DNA of 63,999 nt, the filler included, from Asterionella formosa (taxonomy: Eukaryota): NCBI GenBank assembly GCA_002256025.1. It is 10 parts of 10 records of this genome, joined end to end, with 100 filler letters (N's around TTAATTAATTAA, not from the genome) between each part and the next. Parts side by side here need not be neighbours in the genome. Positions count along the whole stretch, not along the records: positions 1 to 18,387 come from NKIB01004055.1; positions 18,488 to 36,868 come from NKIB01004059.1; 8 more parts are not named here. One strand, 5' to 3'. The first letter of the stretch is position 1; every line of letters begins with the position of its first letter. This document shows positions 12,411 to 24,513 of this stretch, in pieces. The notes under the pieces were generated by a model. The model saw only the letters and a list, made by a program, of their open reading frames with translations, was not told where the DNA came from and ran no database searches. The translations under genes and the position numbers were made by a program.

Positions 12411-15400
12411 ATGGCTCGTTTCAGCAGTTTCGTTTTGGCTGTTTTGGCCACTGCTACTGTAGATGCAAGAAACCTACGCTACGCACCTCTCCGCTTTCTG
12501 CAAACGACAGTAGATCCCAACAGTTGTAAATGCTTTGGAGGTCCGCCTTCAGGAAATCGCAAATTGGTCAAGGCGAGAAAAGAAACTTATGATGAGGTTC
12601 AAGCCTCGACAAACGACAAGCGCGCTCTTTGGGGCGCTGCCTCAGACTCTCGGGACATTGGCATAACCAAGCCATCTTGCTGCGAAATGGTCTGTGAAGG
12701 AGGACCCACTCCTGTGGCGGCTCCGGTCGGTTCTCCTACAATGGGAGACGACTTTTACCAAGCTGCACCTACCACAACCGTCACTCCACCTGAGGGAGAT
12801 TCGAAGGGCGGAAAGGGAGGCTCGAAGGGCGGAAAGGGAGGCTCGAAGGGAGGAAAGGGAGGCTCGAAGGGCGGAAAGGGAAGTGGCAAGGGAGGAAAGG
12901 GAGAGTCGAAGGGCGGAAAGGGAGAGTCGACAATGGCAGTGGAACTTTGCGCGTTCTTCTCTACCATCTGCTGTCGCCTCTCGACANNNNNNNNNNGAGG
13001 CGGTGGTGGAGGTGGTGGAGGAGGTGGTGGAGGTGGTGGAGGAGGCGGTGGTGGTGGAGGCGGCGGAGGATACAGAGAATTGGGCTTTTACGTTACCAAT
13101 CCAGAATGCACTTGGGAAAGTTGTGGATGCTCAAACTCTCCTGTCTACAGCTCTCCAACTATGCCTCGTCCTACTCCTAAATATCCAGTTGAAGCGCCAT
13201 ACGCAGCACCTACTGTCCCTAAACCGAAGCCAACGATGCCTCGTCCTACCATGCCAATTCCTACCCCAACGGAACCTACACCAGTGACGGCACCATATGA
13301 ATCGCCATATGCATCGCCATATGCATCGCCTACTGCACCTCAACCAAAGCCAACACAGCCTCGTCCTACCCCAACTATGCCTTTCCCTACTCCAACATTC
13401 CCTCGACCTACCCCAACCATGCCAGTTCCTACTCCAACATTCCCTCGTCCTACCCCAACCATGCCAGTTCCTACCCCAACCATGCCAGTTCCTACCCCAA
13501 CCATGCCAGTTCCTACCCCAACCATGCCTCGTCCTAATCCAGAAGGTCCTATTGAAGCGCCAATTCCAATGCCAACTCCAACGTTTCCAAAGCCTACAGC
13601 ACCTATTCCCAAGCCACCTGTGACACCACCAGTGCGACCTCCGTTTACAGCCCCTGTCCCACAACCAATCACGGCACCAGTCCCCACAATGAATGAGACG
13701 CCAGCTCCAATCCCAGTCACTCCAGCTCCAGTCCCAGTCACTCCAGCTCCAGTCCCAGTCACTCCAGCTCCAGTTCCAGTCACTCCAGCTCCAATTACCC
13801 CTGCTCCAGTCACTCCACCTCCTGTGCCAACAATGAATAAGACACCAGCCCCAGTGACGCCTTCCCCAATTAATGCAACACCACGCCCAACTATTCCAGC
13901 TGATACCGAACCTACTCCTTCTCCTTCAGGCGTCTGCTTTGTCGAGGTAAGTCCATTTGCCAACAACAAGGAAAATCAAAATCCTTCTTTCCCAATTCAA
14001 ATTCTAACTTTACTTACTTGTCGCTATTTCAGGTCTCCGTAACTTGCGTTGGTCCTGACAATACTGAGTGCGCCTCAATCCCACCACCAGCTACCGAGAC
14101 TGACTGCATGGTAGACGTGACGTACACATATGTCATCACCAACACCGGATCTTCGGCAATGGACCTTACAAACCTTACAAGCACGCACAATGGTGTCACA
14201 GTATCATTAGTCGGATCTCTCGATGTTACTTCACTCCAACCGGGAGAATCAGTAACTGTCATCGAAACAAAGACAATTGATTTGTGCAGTGGTTCATCCT
14301 TCACTACTGACGTTTCTGTGGAAGCAGTTCCACCATCAGGATCTCCTTGCTCTGGAACTGACATATATGTCTTCACTCCATCCACTTTGGCTCCTGCTAC
14401 TCCAGCTCCCATCACACCTCCCCCCATCACTCCAGCTCCACAGATGCAAAAGACTCCTGCTCCTGTTAGTCCTGCTCCCGTTACTCCACCTCCCGTTACT
14501 CCACCTCCCGTTACTCCACCTCCCGTTACTCCACCTCCCGTTACTCCACCTCCCGTTACTCCTGTTCCGCAGATGCAGAAGACCCCTGGACCCGTTACAC
14601 CAGCTCCCATTACACTTGCTCCTGTAACAACAGCTCCCGTTGGTGTCTGCTTTGTCGAGGTATGTGTCAAGATTGAATTCCTTAAATTCCCAAACATGTC
14701 CTACTTCCCATTCACATCACTCTAACCTAACGTTCTTTTTCTATTTCAGGTCTCCGTCACTTGCGTTGGTCCTGACAATACTGAGTGCGCCTCAATCCCA
14801 CCACCAGCTACCGAGACTGACTGCATGGTAGACGTGACGTACACATATGTCATCACCAACACCGGATCTTCGGCAATGGACCTTACAAACCTTACAAGCA
14901 CGCACAATGGTGTCACAGTATCATTAGTCGGATCTCTCGATGTTACTTCACTCCAACCGGGAGAATCAGTAACTGTCATCGAAACAAAGACAATTGATTT
15001 GTGCAGTGGTTCATCCTTCACTACTGACGTTTCTGTGGAAGCAGTTCCACCATCAGGATCTCCTTGCTCTGGAACTGACATATATGTCTTCACTCCATCC
15101 ACTTTGGCTCCGGCCACTCCACCTCCTGTCACTTCAGCTCCTGTCACTCCGGTTCCGCAGATGCAAAAGACTCCTGCTCCTGTTACACCAGCTCCCATTA
15201 CACCTGCTCCTGTCACATCAGCTCCTGTTGGTGTCTGCTTTGTCGAGGTAAGTGTGAAGACATTGAATTCCAAATATGTGTTTTCCTAAGTCTTTCTAAC
15301 CAACTTTCTTTCTCCATTTTCAGGTGTCCCTCACTTGCGTTGGTCCTGACAATACTGAGTGCGCCTCAATCCCACCACCAGCTACCGAGACTGACTGCAT

Positions 15401-16142
15401 GGTAGACGTGACGTACACATATGTCATCACCAACACCGGATCTTCGGCAATGGACCTTACAAACCTTACAAGCACGCACAATGGTGTCACAGTATCATTA
15501 GTCGGATCTCTCGATGTTACTTCACTCCAACCGGGAGAATCAGTAACTGTCATCGAAACAAAGACAATTGATTTGTGCAGTGGTTCATCCTTCATTACTG
15601 AAGTAAATGTAATTGCAACACCTCCTTCGGGATCTCCCTGCTTCGGAACCGACAGATATGTGTTCACTCCATCCACTTTGGCTCCCGCAACTCCAGCTCC
15701 TGTTACACCAGCTCCCGTAACTTTTGCACCCACATCACTTTCTCCAACTCTCGCTCCTATTACGCCTGCTCCATCAACCTGTGAGCCATGGCTTGAAACT
15801 TGTCTATGTAATGGCACAATCAAGGTTGGATTCAATGTTTGCAACCCCCAGCCGGAGGATTGGATTGGCATCTACCCTTGTTTGAACACTACTAATGCGA
15901 CTCTCTACAATTATCATCCGTCAACTTGGCAATATACTTGTGTTGATGCGCCTTGTACTACTGACAACCTAGCCTACTCAGGCGATTTGGTTTATGATGA
16001 TAACCTTCCCACGTACGTTCAATATGGTCCTCATGAATGGCCTCTTCCTCCAGGTTGTTATATTGCAATCTACAACCGAAATTACGGACTGAGCCCACCG
16101 CCTTATGATATTGTTATCGAGGGTCAAGAGTTTTATGTTTGA
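12411..16142 (+). CDS. Secreted silaffin-like / cell-wall protein, ~1160 aa, 4 exons (12411-13946, 14033-14659, 14750-15247, 15324-16142)
   Basis: Signal peptide; RXL motifs (RNL, RFL, RKL, RAL, REL); SKGGKGG repeats; poly-Gly (across a short N gap); PT/PAP mucin-like repeats; three [11 protein letters not shown] beta-sandwich (DUF11-like) modules; C-terminal DWIGIY (SKICH/Fn3-like) domain. Three phase-0 GT-AG introns with CTAAC branch points; exon lengths keep frame. Confidence 0.88.
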
Positions 16143-17613
16143 AAGTGACAAATCTAAATTGGAAAGTGTCCGCCTCTGAACATTTCAAAGAACCTTGAAC
16201 GGAAGTTGACAACGTTAAATATTGTATAATCATTAAGAAGAAAATTCATTGAATCTGTTTCTCCTAATTGTATCCTAGGCTTTCAAGTTGTTCTTGCCAT
16301 GGTTTACATACTCTAATATTACTTTGGTTTAGGTTGTCTTATATTCCTCGCTTCCATGTTCGCACCGCCAATAATGATTATAATTGTAAAGCGAAGTAAC
16401 ACGTAGTTTCCTCAACTGCATTGCCATGAATCAACAGCCTTCACAAGCTGATCCATCGTTTTCATTATCATATCTAGACTGAGTCTATTGCACATAAAAA
16501 GTGAAAGGGTGTAATCGTCTAATAGTCATTGTGTCAGGAGCTAGGTAGTGTTATTATTTTATTGCCTAAATAGTCCCCCAGTCTAGATGCGCTTTATCCT
16601 GGTCCCACTGTACTAATTTGATCTCTACTGGGATCAATGCCTTGAAGAATCGGAAATTGTATCCCCCGAGGAAGGTGAGCAAAAATGGCCCTGGATGTGT
16701 CGTGAGGACCAGTTTTGAATCGTAAGTCGACTCCTATCAGAATGGAGGAAAATGAAATGCGTTCAACGTACGTTGATGAATTACTTATACGAAGGAACAT
16801 ACATTATTAAGGCATTTGGCATCTATTTATTCAATATAATAAAATTTCCGGAAATAGATGTGGTACACCGATGACAAGATGGCTGTAAAAATTATGTACG
16901 AAGATCCCGGTAAGCGTGGGCATAAACTTTGCAATTTCACAACGTACGTCGTGAAGTCACTTTCTACGACAAATATGAAGGTCATCGCGAAACATCGAGT
17001 CCCAGATCATCTGTATATACATGTATGAATAAATCTTCATTGTACTCTTGTTATTTGATTACCACAAATGCAATCATCCCTCCCTACCTTCTACTCCGAT
17101 AGTCGGACAGTGGCATTCTTTTATGAAACGGGAATACACGTCGGTGCTCAATGCTCCTCACAAGACAAAAATTTGAATTCAAATTGCTTAGGGCAGCATG
17201 TGTCTAGCAGCGTAACATATGCCACATGATATTACCGTTGGTGACTCACTCACATCCTCCTTTCTATTGGATAATTCATTTGTGAGTGACGAGTTCACCG
17301 CTCGGACTCGTGCAGATATTTTGCTTTACCAGACTCGTAATTGATCGCTCCATACGACACATCGAATGGATGGTTTGAATTTGGTGTTGCTCCGTATGAT
17401 GGCGCATCTTGGTTGGCTGTACAAACGTATACTCTGACCCGCCGAAAATCTAATACCGGTCGTAGATGCAAATGTGGTAGTAACCATGTAACGTCAGTAC
17501 CAATTCCCTCCATACCGGTAACTGAAATCAATTAGAACCAGGGCTTCCCAACGAGATCTTCACATGATCCTGACCCTCATATTTTCGTCCAAGCACATTT
17601 AGCTTTCATAGCC

Positions 17614-18387
17614 ATGGCCCGAATCATCGCCATTGTGCTGGCTCTATTCGCCTCAGTGGAAGCGAGCAACTTACGGTACGCACCTCTCCGCTTCCTGCAA
17701 CAAACACTAGACCCAAACACTTGTAAATGCTTCGGAGGTCCGCCCACTGCGGCGCGGAAGCTGCTCGAGAAGCCGGCAGCGAAAGCGCTGAAATCAGAAT
17801 CAGATGCGCAGTTGCCTTCCTCCCAACATAAAGGGCGACGCGCTCTTTGGGGCACTGCTGAGAACTCGCGAGACGTTGGTGGCAGTGATGCTGCCGAGGG
17901 AAAGCCAAACAAATGCAGCAAGAACGGAAGCGGATACAAGGCACTTCAAGATCAGTATGACTGCGAAATGAAGCAGTCCTGCTGCGAATTGGTCTGTCAA
18001 GGAGGACCAACTCCTGTGGCGGCTCCTGTCAGTGCTCCTACAATGGGAGACGACTTTTACCAAGCTGCACCTACCACAACCGTTCCCCCACCTGACAATG
18101 GAAGTGATGACTTTTATGTAACTGGTGGCGGCGGGTCCAAAGGAGGCCCTAAGCGTGGAAAGGGAGGGCCTTCTGGGAAAGGAGGAAACAAGGGTGGAAA
18201 GGGAAGTGATAAGAGCGGAAAAGGAAGCGATAAGGGTGGAAAGGGAGGAAACAAGGGCGGAAAAGGAAGCAGTAAGGGTGGAAAAGGAAGCAGTAAGGGT
18301 GGAAAAGGAAGCGATAAGGGTGGAAAAGGAAGCGGTAAGGGCGGAAAAGGAGGAGATAAGGGAGGAAAAGGAAGCGGTAGGGGAGGA
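17614..18387 (+). CDS. Tandem paralog of the 12411 protein, 3'-truncated at contig end
   Basis: Shares [54 protein letters not shown] with 12411 protein; long KGGKGS(D/S) repeat. Confidence 0.88.
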
Positions 18388-18487
18388 NNNNNNNNNNNNN
18401 NNNNNNNNNNNNNNNNNNNNNNNNNNNNNNNTTAATTAATTAANNNNNNNNNNNNNNNNNNNNNNNNNNNNNNNNNNNNNNNNNNNN
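18388..18487. other. Artificial contig spacer N44-TTAATTAATTAA-N44 (also 36869-36968, 38112-38211, 39355-39454, 40598-40697, 41841-41940, 43084-43183, 44327-44426, 62765-62864)
   Basis: Identical 100-nt linker with stops in all six frames, nine occurrences. Confidence 0.98.
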
Positions 18488-19461
18488 GAAAAAATACATG
18501 CAGCACAATTCGAAACAGTCAAACAGGAAAGGCAAGACAACAAATCAGGTAAGACTTACGGTTCTGGTGTTGCGCTCAGAAGGGAACATCAGGAAACAAG
18601 AAGGAAAGGAACAATTGTCTGCAATCATTGTGGCCGCAATGATCATCAAAGGAAAAGCAGCGCACTCTGTCCATTCAATGTACCGGTAGGCAAAGTGCCT
18701 GATCATACTGGTATGCTTATGATCAATGATGCTCAGCTACCTACTGTGGATATTGTACCGGCCAACACCCAAGAAAATATTACATGTGCATCCAGTATGG
18801 ACAGCCTGCATTTGCAAGACCGTGCAAACCAGGCCAATCAATTGTTGGTAAGTAATTGAACTTGACCAATCAAAATATTTATAGTGAAGCGTGCACTTAG
18901 AATGGATTTTTTTGTACAGGTGATTGTAGGACGAAAAATAGAATCACAAGACTCCTATTCCAATGATGACATTTTGGCGATTAGTGATTCTGATTCTGAC
19001 ACTTTGGTGACTGTTGAAAAGGCCGATATTGTCGAATTTTTGGACAATGATAGCTCAACGTTGGCAGGGTTTGAAGAAGAGTTAAGTACATAGGTAATCT
19101 TCATATAGCCCCAGAAGTTAACTTTCGGCGAGAAACTGCAGAAAGGAACTTCGGTTTTTGTACTAGGCCAAATAAACGAGTTAGCCCGGTAAAATCCACT
19201 ATTTTCAGCATAGTTAAAAAACCGAAGTTCCTTTCTGCAGTTTCTCGCCAGATCCTATATCCTGACGATATATAGCGTTGACCTATACCCCTACTTTGAT
19301 AAATGACTGTATTTAAGCATGTGGAAAGGGTGTGTATTGGTGAAAGCTCCGTTTAGCGATATACATTCACGTTTTACTCGTAAGAAGTCTATGTTTGACT
19401 ACTCTGACTTAATATTATTTTTTAAACCCTACCTCGAGCTAGGGGTTCAAATGCAGGAACC
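18488..19461 (+). mobile_element. 3' part of a Kolobok-like DNA transposon
   Basis: Similar to 59950-60898; ends ...TTCAAATGCAGGAACC followed by TTAA (19462-19465). Confidence 0.7.
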
Positions 19462-20307
19462 TTAAACCATGCATGGTTGTTTTTAGTACCACGTACGTAT
19501 GTAGACTAGATGACTGCCGGTACCGGTAGAATATCCGTTAAGCATCATTACCGGTACATACATGACCGGAGCAAAAACTTGCCACCAACATCAGATGTAT
19601 CGATATCATCGTTCGTCCGACGAAATATGGACGATGCGACTACATGAATACCTCGAGAAGACAAGCAATCCAACAATCAACCGCATCCGTTAGGCAAAGA
19701 ATCGCTACTGGCGTCATCGCGGAACTGATTTCGCTTCAAACCGGTCATGATGGACGACGATTGGCATGGTGAAAGGTGAATTGCCGGAGTCCACTTTTCA
19801 GGAGACGAACAAAAACGAGGTGAATTCTAGATATAAATTATCAGAATCTGAATAGTATATAAAATGGTTTCCTTAAGTAGACCCCTTGCCGATTTCGGCA
19901 ATCCCAGGGCTGGAAAACCGAGGGGCAATTGGTGTCTGTTGTCTTGCCAAAATGCGAACATATGAAATATATAAATATATTTTAATGATGGGCAATATTG
20001 GACCTTTGGCAATTTTCGAGGTGAAGATAGGAAATATAGAAAATGTATTTTATATGATGGGCAATAGTAGGCTAAAATTGACATTTATGCTAAATTTGTG
20101 GGCAGTAGGTAAGCGAATTACGCGACGATAGCTAGAGCGGGAATTGCCTCAACAATACCCTTCTCGGCGGCTACATGCCTTCTCGTTTACATGTGTACTC
20201 GGCTGGGATGGCACTCGTAGGGTGACCTTCTTGAGACCGTACAAGTGGCGCCCAGCCTCGAACACATGTATACTCGCAGGCAAGAGACCACCTCGGGCGT
20301 GTATTGC

Positions 20308-21303
20308 CTTCAGCACTATCGACTCCCGCTAGCTGAATATATGTAGCTTTTGATACAAACTCGTAGTAGAAAAGCAGTAAAGTGCATTAGTACAAGAAAA
20401 GCATTGCTTGGCGGCAATATTGACATGATTTTCAACAACTATACATACCAACAAATACAATCAACAGCAGCACAATACCACATCTTCAAAGAGTAGTCAT
20501 TGATCAATACATTGGTTCTTATTTAGATAGATACAATCGAAACAAAATGACAATGTGGAACGACAAACGATGATAGAAGCAATCAAAACAGACCATGGAA
20601 GCAATCAAATCGGAAATTCGATAAATAGGATCTACAATACTATTCATTGTTTCGCTGTTGCACTCACCGATTTGCTTCAACTAGCATAACAAGCAACAGA
20701 CAATGGAATCAAAGAAAGACGAAAGTTTCCTGTTGCAAGCCCAAATAGGGCAATGGCAGGCAGGATAGAGTGAGAAAAATATTATAACGTGTTCAAAGTA
20801 AGTGTTATATTTTATTAGCTTGAACCATGCCATGACCGGAATATCCTTTAAGCATCATCACATACATGACCAGAGCAAAAACTTACCAACAACATCAGAT
20901 ATATTCCGAGATTCATCATTTGTCCAAAGAATCATGGACGATGCAACAACATGAATCGAGAGTAAAACAGTGAAACACTGAATGTGATCGTAGATATGAT
21001 TATCGAATTTCCGATTTGATTGCCTCCATGGTCCATTTTGATCGCTTCCATCGTTGTTTCTCGTTCCACACTGTCGTTTTGATTCGATTGTAGCTATCTA
21101 CACAAGGGGAAATGTATGTATCAAAGCCTACTCTTAGAATATGTATTGTGCCATTGTTGATCTGTATAGTTGTTGACCATGATGTCAATGTTGCTGCCAA
21201 GCAATGCTTTTCTTGCACTAATCCGCTTTGCTACCTTAATACTACGAATTCGTATCACTAGCTACGTAAAAATGCTCAGCTAGATGGAGTCAATAGTGCT
21301 GGA
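20308..21303. repeat. Degenerate long inverted repeat (~310-bp arms 20308-20623 / 21001-21303)
   Basis: CCATGGAAGCAATCAAATCGGAAATTCGATA vs TATCGAATTTCCGATTTGATTGCCTCCATGG; CAGCACTATCGACTCC vs GGAGTCAATAGTGCTG. Confidence 0.8.
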
Positions 21304-21760
21304 GCAACCTGGCTATCACGCTTGCTCAGAATGGAATGATCAGTGTTGTTTGGTGGGAGGAATGACTGTGGCGGAAAGACTGATACTGGTGTCAGGCTAC
21401 TACAGCGATGTGCATGGTTGCGGCAACCAGATCATCTACGCTAAATAATGATGAAGGTCTAAATTGGGTTCAGCTTTTTTTTCTTCTTATTTTGGTCTTT
21501 GATTGTGTGGTGATGGAAAGTCAATTGCCTGTGTAAGTACTACAATGTCACAATGCATATGTCTCCATTGAAACTCCTATTTTTTACTTCATTGCTACCC
21601 AAAAAAATATTTTCAATTTCCTTTTTGACGCTTCTTATTACATCGCATTTCATATCATATTCAATTTTCATTGATGTTGCATGTTACAATCATTGTCGTG
21701 TGTTTTACGCTTGTTGTACCATTTCTATGTATATTACCATCATTCTGGCTGTCATGCTAA

Positions 21761-22972
21761 GGCCTCGTCTTACGGTGCCCGAATTAAGAAGATTGAGTCG
21801 CCCGAATACCTGTTGGGCGTTTAATCTTCGTATTTTCTTCCCTTACGGGCTAAATAACTCGCAAATCCCCCTGATTACGAAGATTAATCTTTTCTCGCCC
21901 AAATATTTCGAGGGTCATCCCCGATATTGACCCAATCTTTGTATTTTCTTGAACAATCTTCCTTTCCCAAAGATTAATCTTCGGGCAAACGAAGATTTTC
22001 TCCGCCAATCAGAATGGCGGAAACAATATATAATCGTCATCACATAGTATACTGATGATTTAGTGTTCGATACTTCTATTTGTAGTATTATTGTCATTAT
22101 TATTACATATTATTAATATAATAATTCTTACTTTTAATATTTTTACTATGATAATAACTTGTAACATGACGACTCCACCAACCCTATCGTCAATCTTCCT
22201 GGCACATTATCAACAGGCAGTGTTTGCAGCCATGGAAGCAACAGTGGTTGTCATGGCAACTACCAACAGCCTTGCCAGCTGCGTTGCGAAATGAGCTGGT
22301 TTCTCAGCTCCATTTGGAAGTTCAATCTGAAAGAGGGAATCAGCAATTGCCATTCAACAAGGTACCACACATATCATCCTCAAGGTCTTCATCCAGAAAT
22401 CGAAAATACGCTTCAGCCATATCTCGAAATTTCTTCTCCTCCCTAGATGCAAACCTGTGTTGAAGTTCATAACCAGCAGCAAATATAATGGCAAACTGCG
22501 CACTTCAAAGCATGTGCACTTGAATGGGGCCGCCTATCCAATATCGAATACGGTCGCAAAAGGAATGCTCCTCCTCCTCAGTTGAGTATTCTGTTGGTCC
22601 TTGAGTCGCCATTGTGATAATAGGGAGATGCTGGTGGTGGGAGCAGAGGAGAAAGGAGATAGGCCAGCGATGTGAAGGCCGATCACCTTACAACAACAGC
22701 AACGATGACGATGGAGCATTGAGTGTTGACGATTTTCATTATAATTAATTTCTTTAATATTCCTACGGACGAGACTACTAATTTTCATGTAGGAAATAAA
22801 TTTCAATTCTCGAGATCGGTCTTTGACGTATGGATTGACGTACTATTTAATCTTTGGGACCGGTAAAAAAATAAGGTGGCCATAAAATTTCACGAATACG
22901 AAAATCGAAGATTTTGCCGCGATAGCTTCGCAATATTCGATCTTCGTATTTCGGCCACCGTAAGTTTCAGCC
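21761..22972. mobile_element. Non-autonomous PIF/Harbinger-like element
   Basis: Imperfect TIRs GGCCTCGTCTTACGGTGCCCGAATTAAGAAGAT / ATCTTCGTATTTCGGCCACCGTAAGTTTCAGCC; subterminal AATCTTCG/CGAAGATT repeats; left flank TAA, right flank TA[CCGGTA]A. Confidence 0.55.
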
Positions 22973-23499
22973 TACCGGTAATATAGGCAATTTTAATCCC
23001 GAAAAATTCGATGTGCCCCATATTGCCCCTAAAAAAATTTCTTAACAAATTACTTAAAAGTACCCGTACAGCTAGGTCGGGAATTGCCTCAACAACACCC
23101 TTCTCAGCGGCTACCGGTATGTACTTAAATTCTCGTATACATGTGTACTCGCAGACAAGAGACCACCTCGGGCGTGTAATGCCTTCAGTAGGATTGTTTT
23201 ATAATTGTCACGGTCTTGTACCGATAATGAGTTAATTAGCTTTGTTTTCCCAATCGACCGATTGTAAAAACCGTCTTGTTTTACTGCACCTCCCTCCCGG
23301 GCATATGATCTGCCGTTACACTCCAGCCATATAACCATTCCGAGCACAATGTACCGGTATGCAGTATGGAGTCAGTGAATCATTCGCACAGAGAATGAAT
23401 TAACAATCTCGATACAGCCATCAGCAAACAGAGTGCAACCAGTAAATCATCCCCCTCGCCCTCTCCTGCCTTTGTTTAACAACTTCCCATTGAAGTAGG

Positions 23500-24390
23500 A
23501 TGCCTCGCATTACCATAGAACGTCACTATGCCACTACGTCCTGGTGGACAGGAGAGAAACAACCACACAAAAAACATCTCGTGGTTCGAATTCCACCCAT
23601 CTCTGCCCAAGTCAAGGCAGTGATTGCAAGCAAACTTAGCAAGGAGCAACCATGGCTGCTAGAAAAGTCTAACGTTGATCAAGCACAGTCTCAAGCAAAA
23701 GCAGCGTACGAAAAATTACATCAGTTCCAGAAAAATCTCGATTCATTACGAGAAGAACGAGAACAAGCGTTGTTGGATGTGACGGAAGTTAGAGGCAAGC
23801 AGTTGCAAACGTCACTCAAGGAGATGGAAGAACAGTTACGAAACGAGGTCGAAGAAGAGATTCTCACAAAAGATCAAGAATGTCAAATTATTTGTGAAGA
23901 AATGGAAGCGAAAATGATGAGTGCCATAAGGGACAAGCAAATGGAAATTCTAAAAAAGCGAACAGAAGACGAAGCAACTGCAGAGGCGGAGCCGCCAACC
24001 AAACGACTCAAATTAGAGGAAGGTGAATCAGAAGGCATTGAGGAAAATGTTACTGATGTACTCGATGAGCCAGCGAAGGAATCCGAGGAAATCGAGCAGC
24101 GAAAGCGTGATATCGAGGTAGGTAAACGCCGACGGTGTAGCGGTCTATTTTTCCCTGAACGGTGGGTGTTTGTCTACTATGGTGCGCTTATCACCTGCTC
24201 TCACATCTTCGCTTCTCTCTAGTTGGCTAAACAAAAAGCGGATAAACTCGAGGAAACAAAGAAACAAATGGTTTGGCTTTTGAAGCAAGTCATCAAAGCT
24301 GAAGCCAAGCAGCAGATGGCGAAAATTAAATTAGAAAAGGATAGTGAGACTGTTGCATATTTACCGGAAGCGGAGGATAAGTCGACATGA
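23500..24390 (+). CDS. Coiled-coil hypothetical protein, 261 aa (exons 23500-24117, 24223-24390)
   Basis: E/K/Q-rich ORF; phase-0 intron GTAGGT...CTCTAG joins to LAKQKADKLEETKKQMVWLLKQVIKAE; possible NLS PPTKRLK. Confidence 0.8.
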
Positions 24391-24513
24391 TGAAGGTACA
24401 CTAGAATGTAATGTTAATTATAATTCATCATTAAGCAGAGCAATTTCAGCATGCAGTATATTTATTGTCTAGCAATGACATTGAGATTCCTGGGTTGAAT
24501 AAATACGCAATGC

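Noticed and set aside
12930..12997. Odd segment [19 protein letters not shown] before the N gap
   Set aside because: Adjacent to a gap in a low-complexity repeat and quasi-palindromic; probably low-quality or misassembled sequence.
12694..15871. Long alternative-frame and antisense ORFs (e.g. 13340-13969, 14029-14697, 13131-13664)
   Set aside because: Shadows of the Pro/Thr/Gly repeat coding strand.
16594..16800. Small minus-strand ORF between the two wall-protein paralogs
   Set aside because: Short, no recognisable motif or splice support.
18432..18443. TTAATTAATTAA as a biological motif or TTAA target site
   Set aside because: Artificial linker repeated identically inside N runs.
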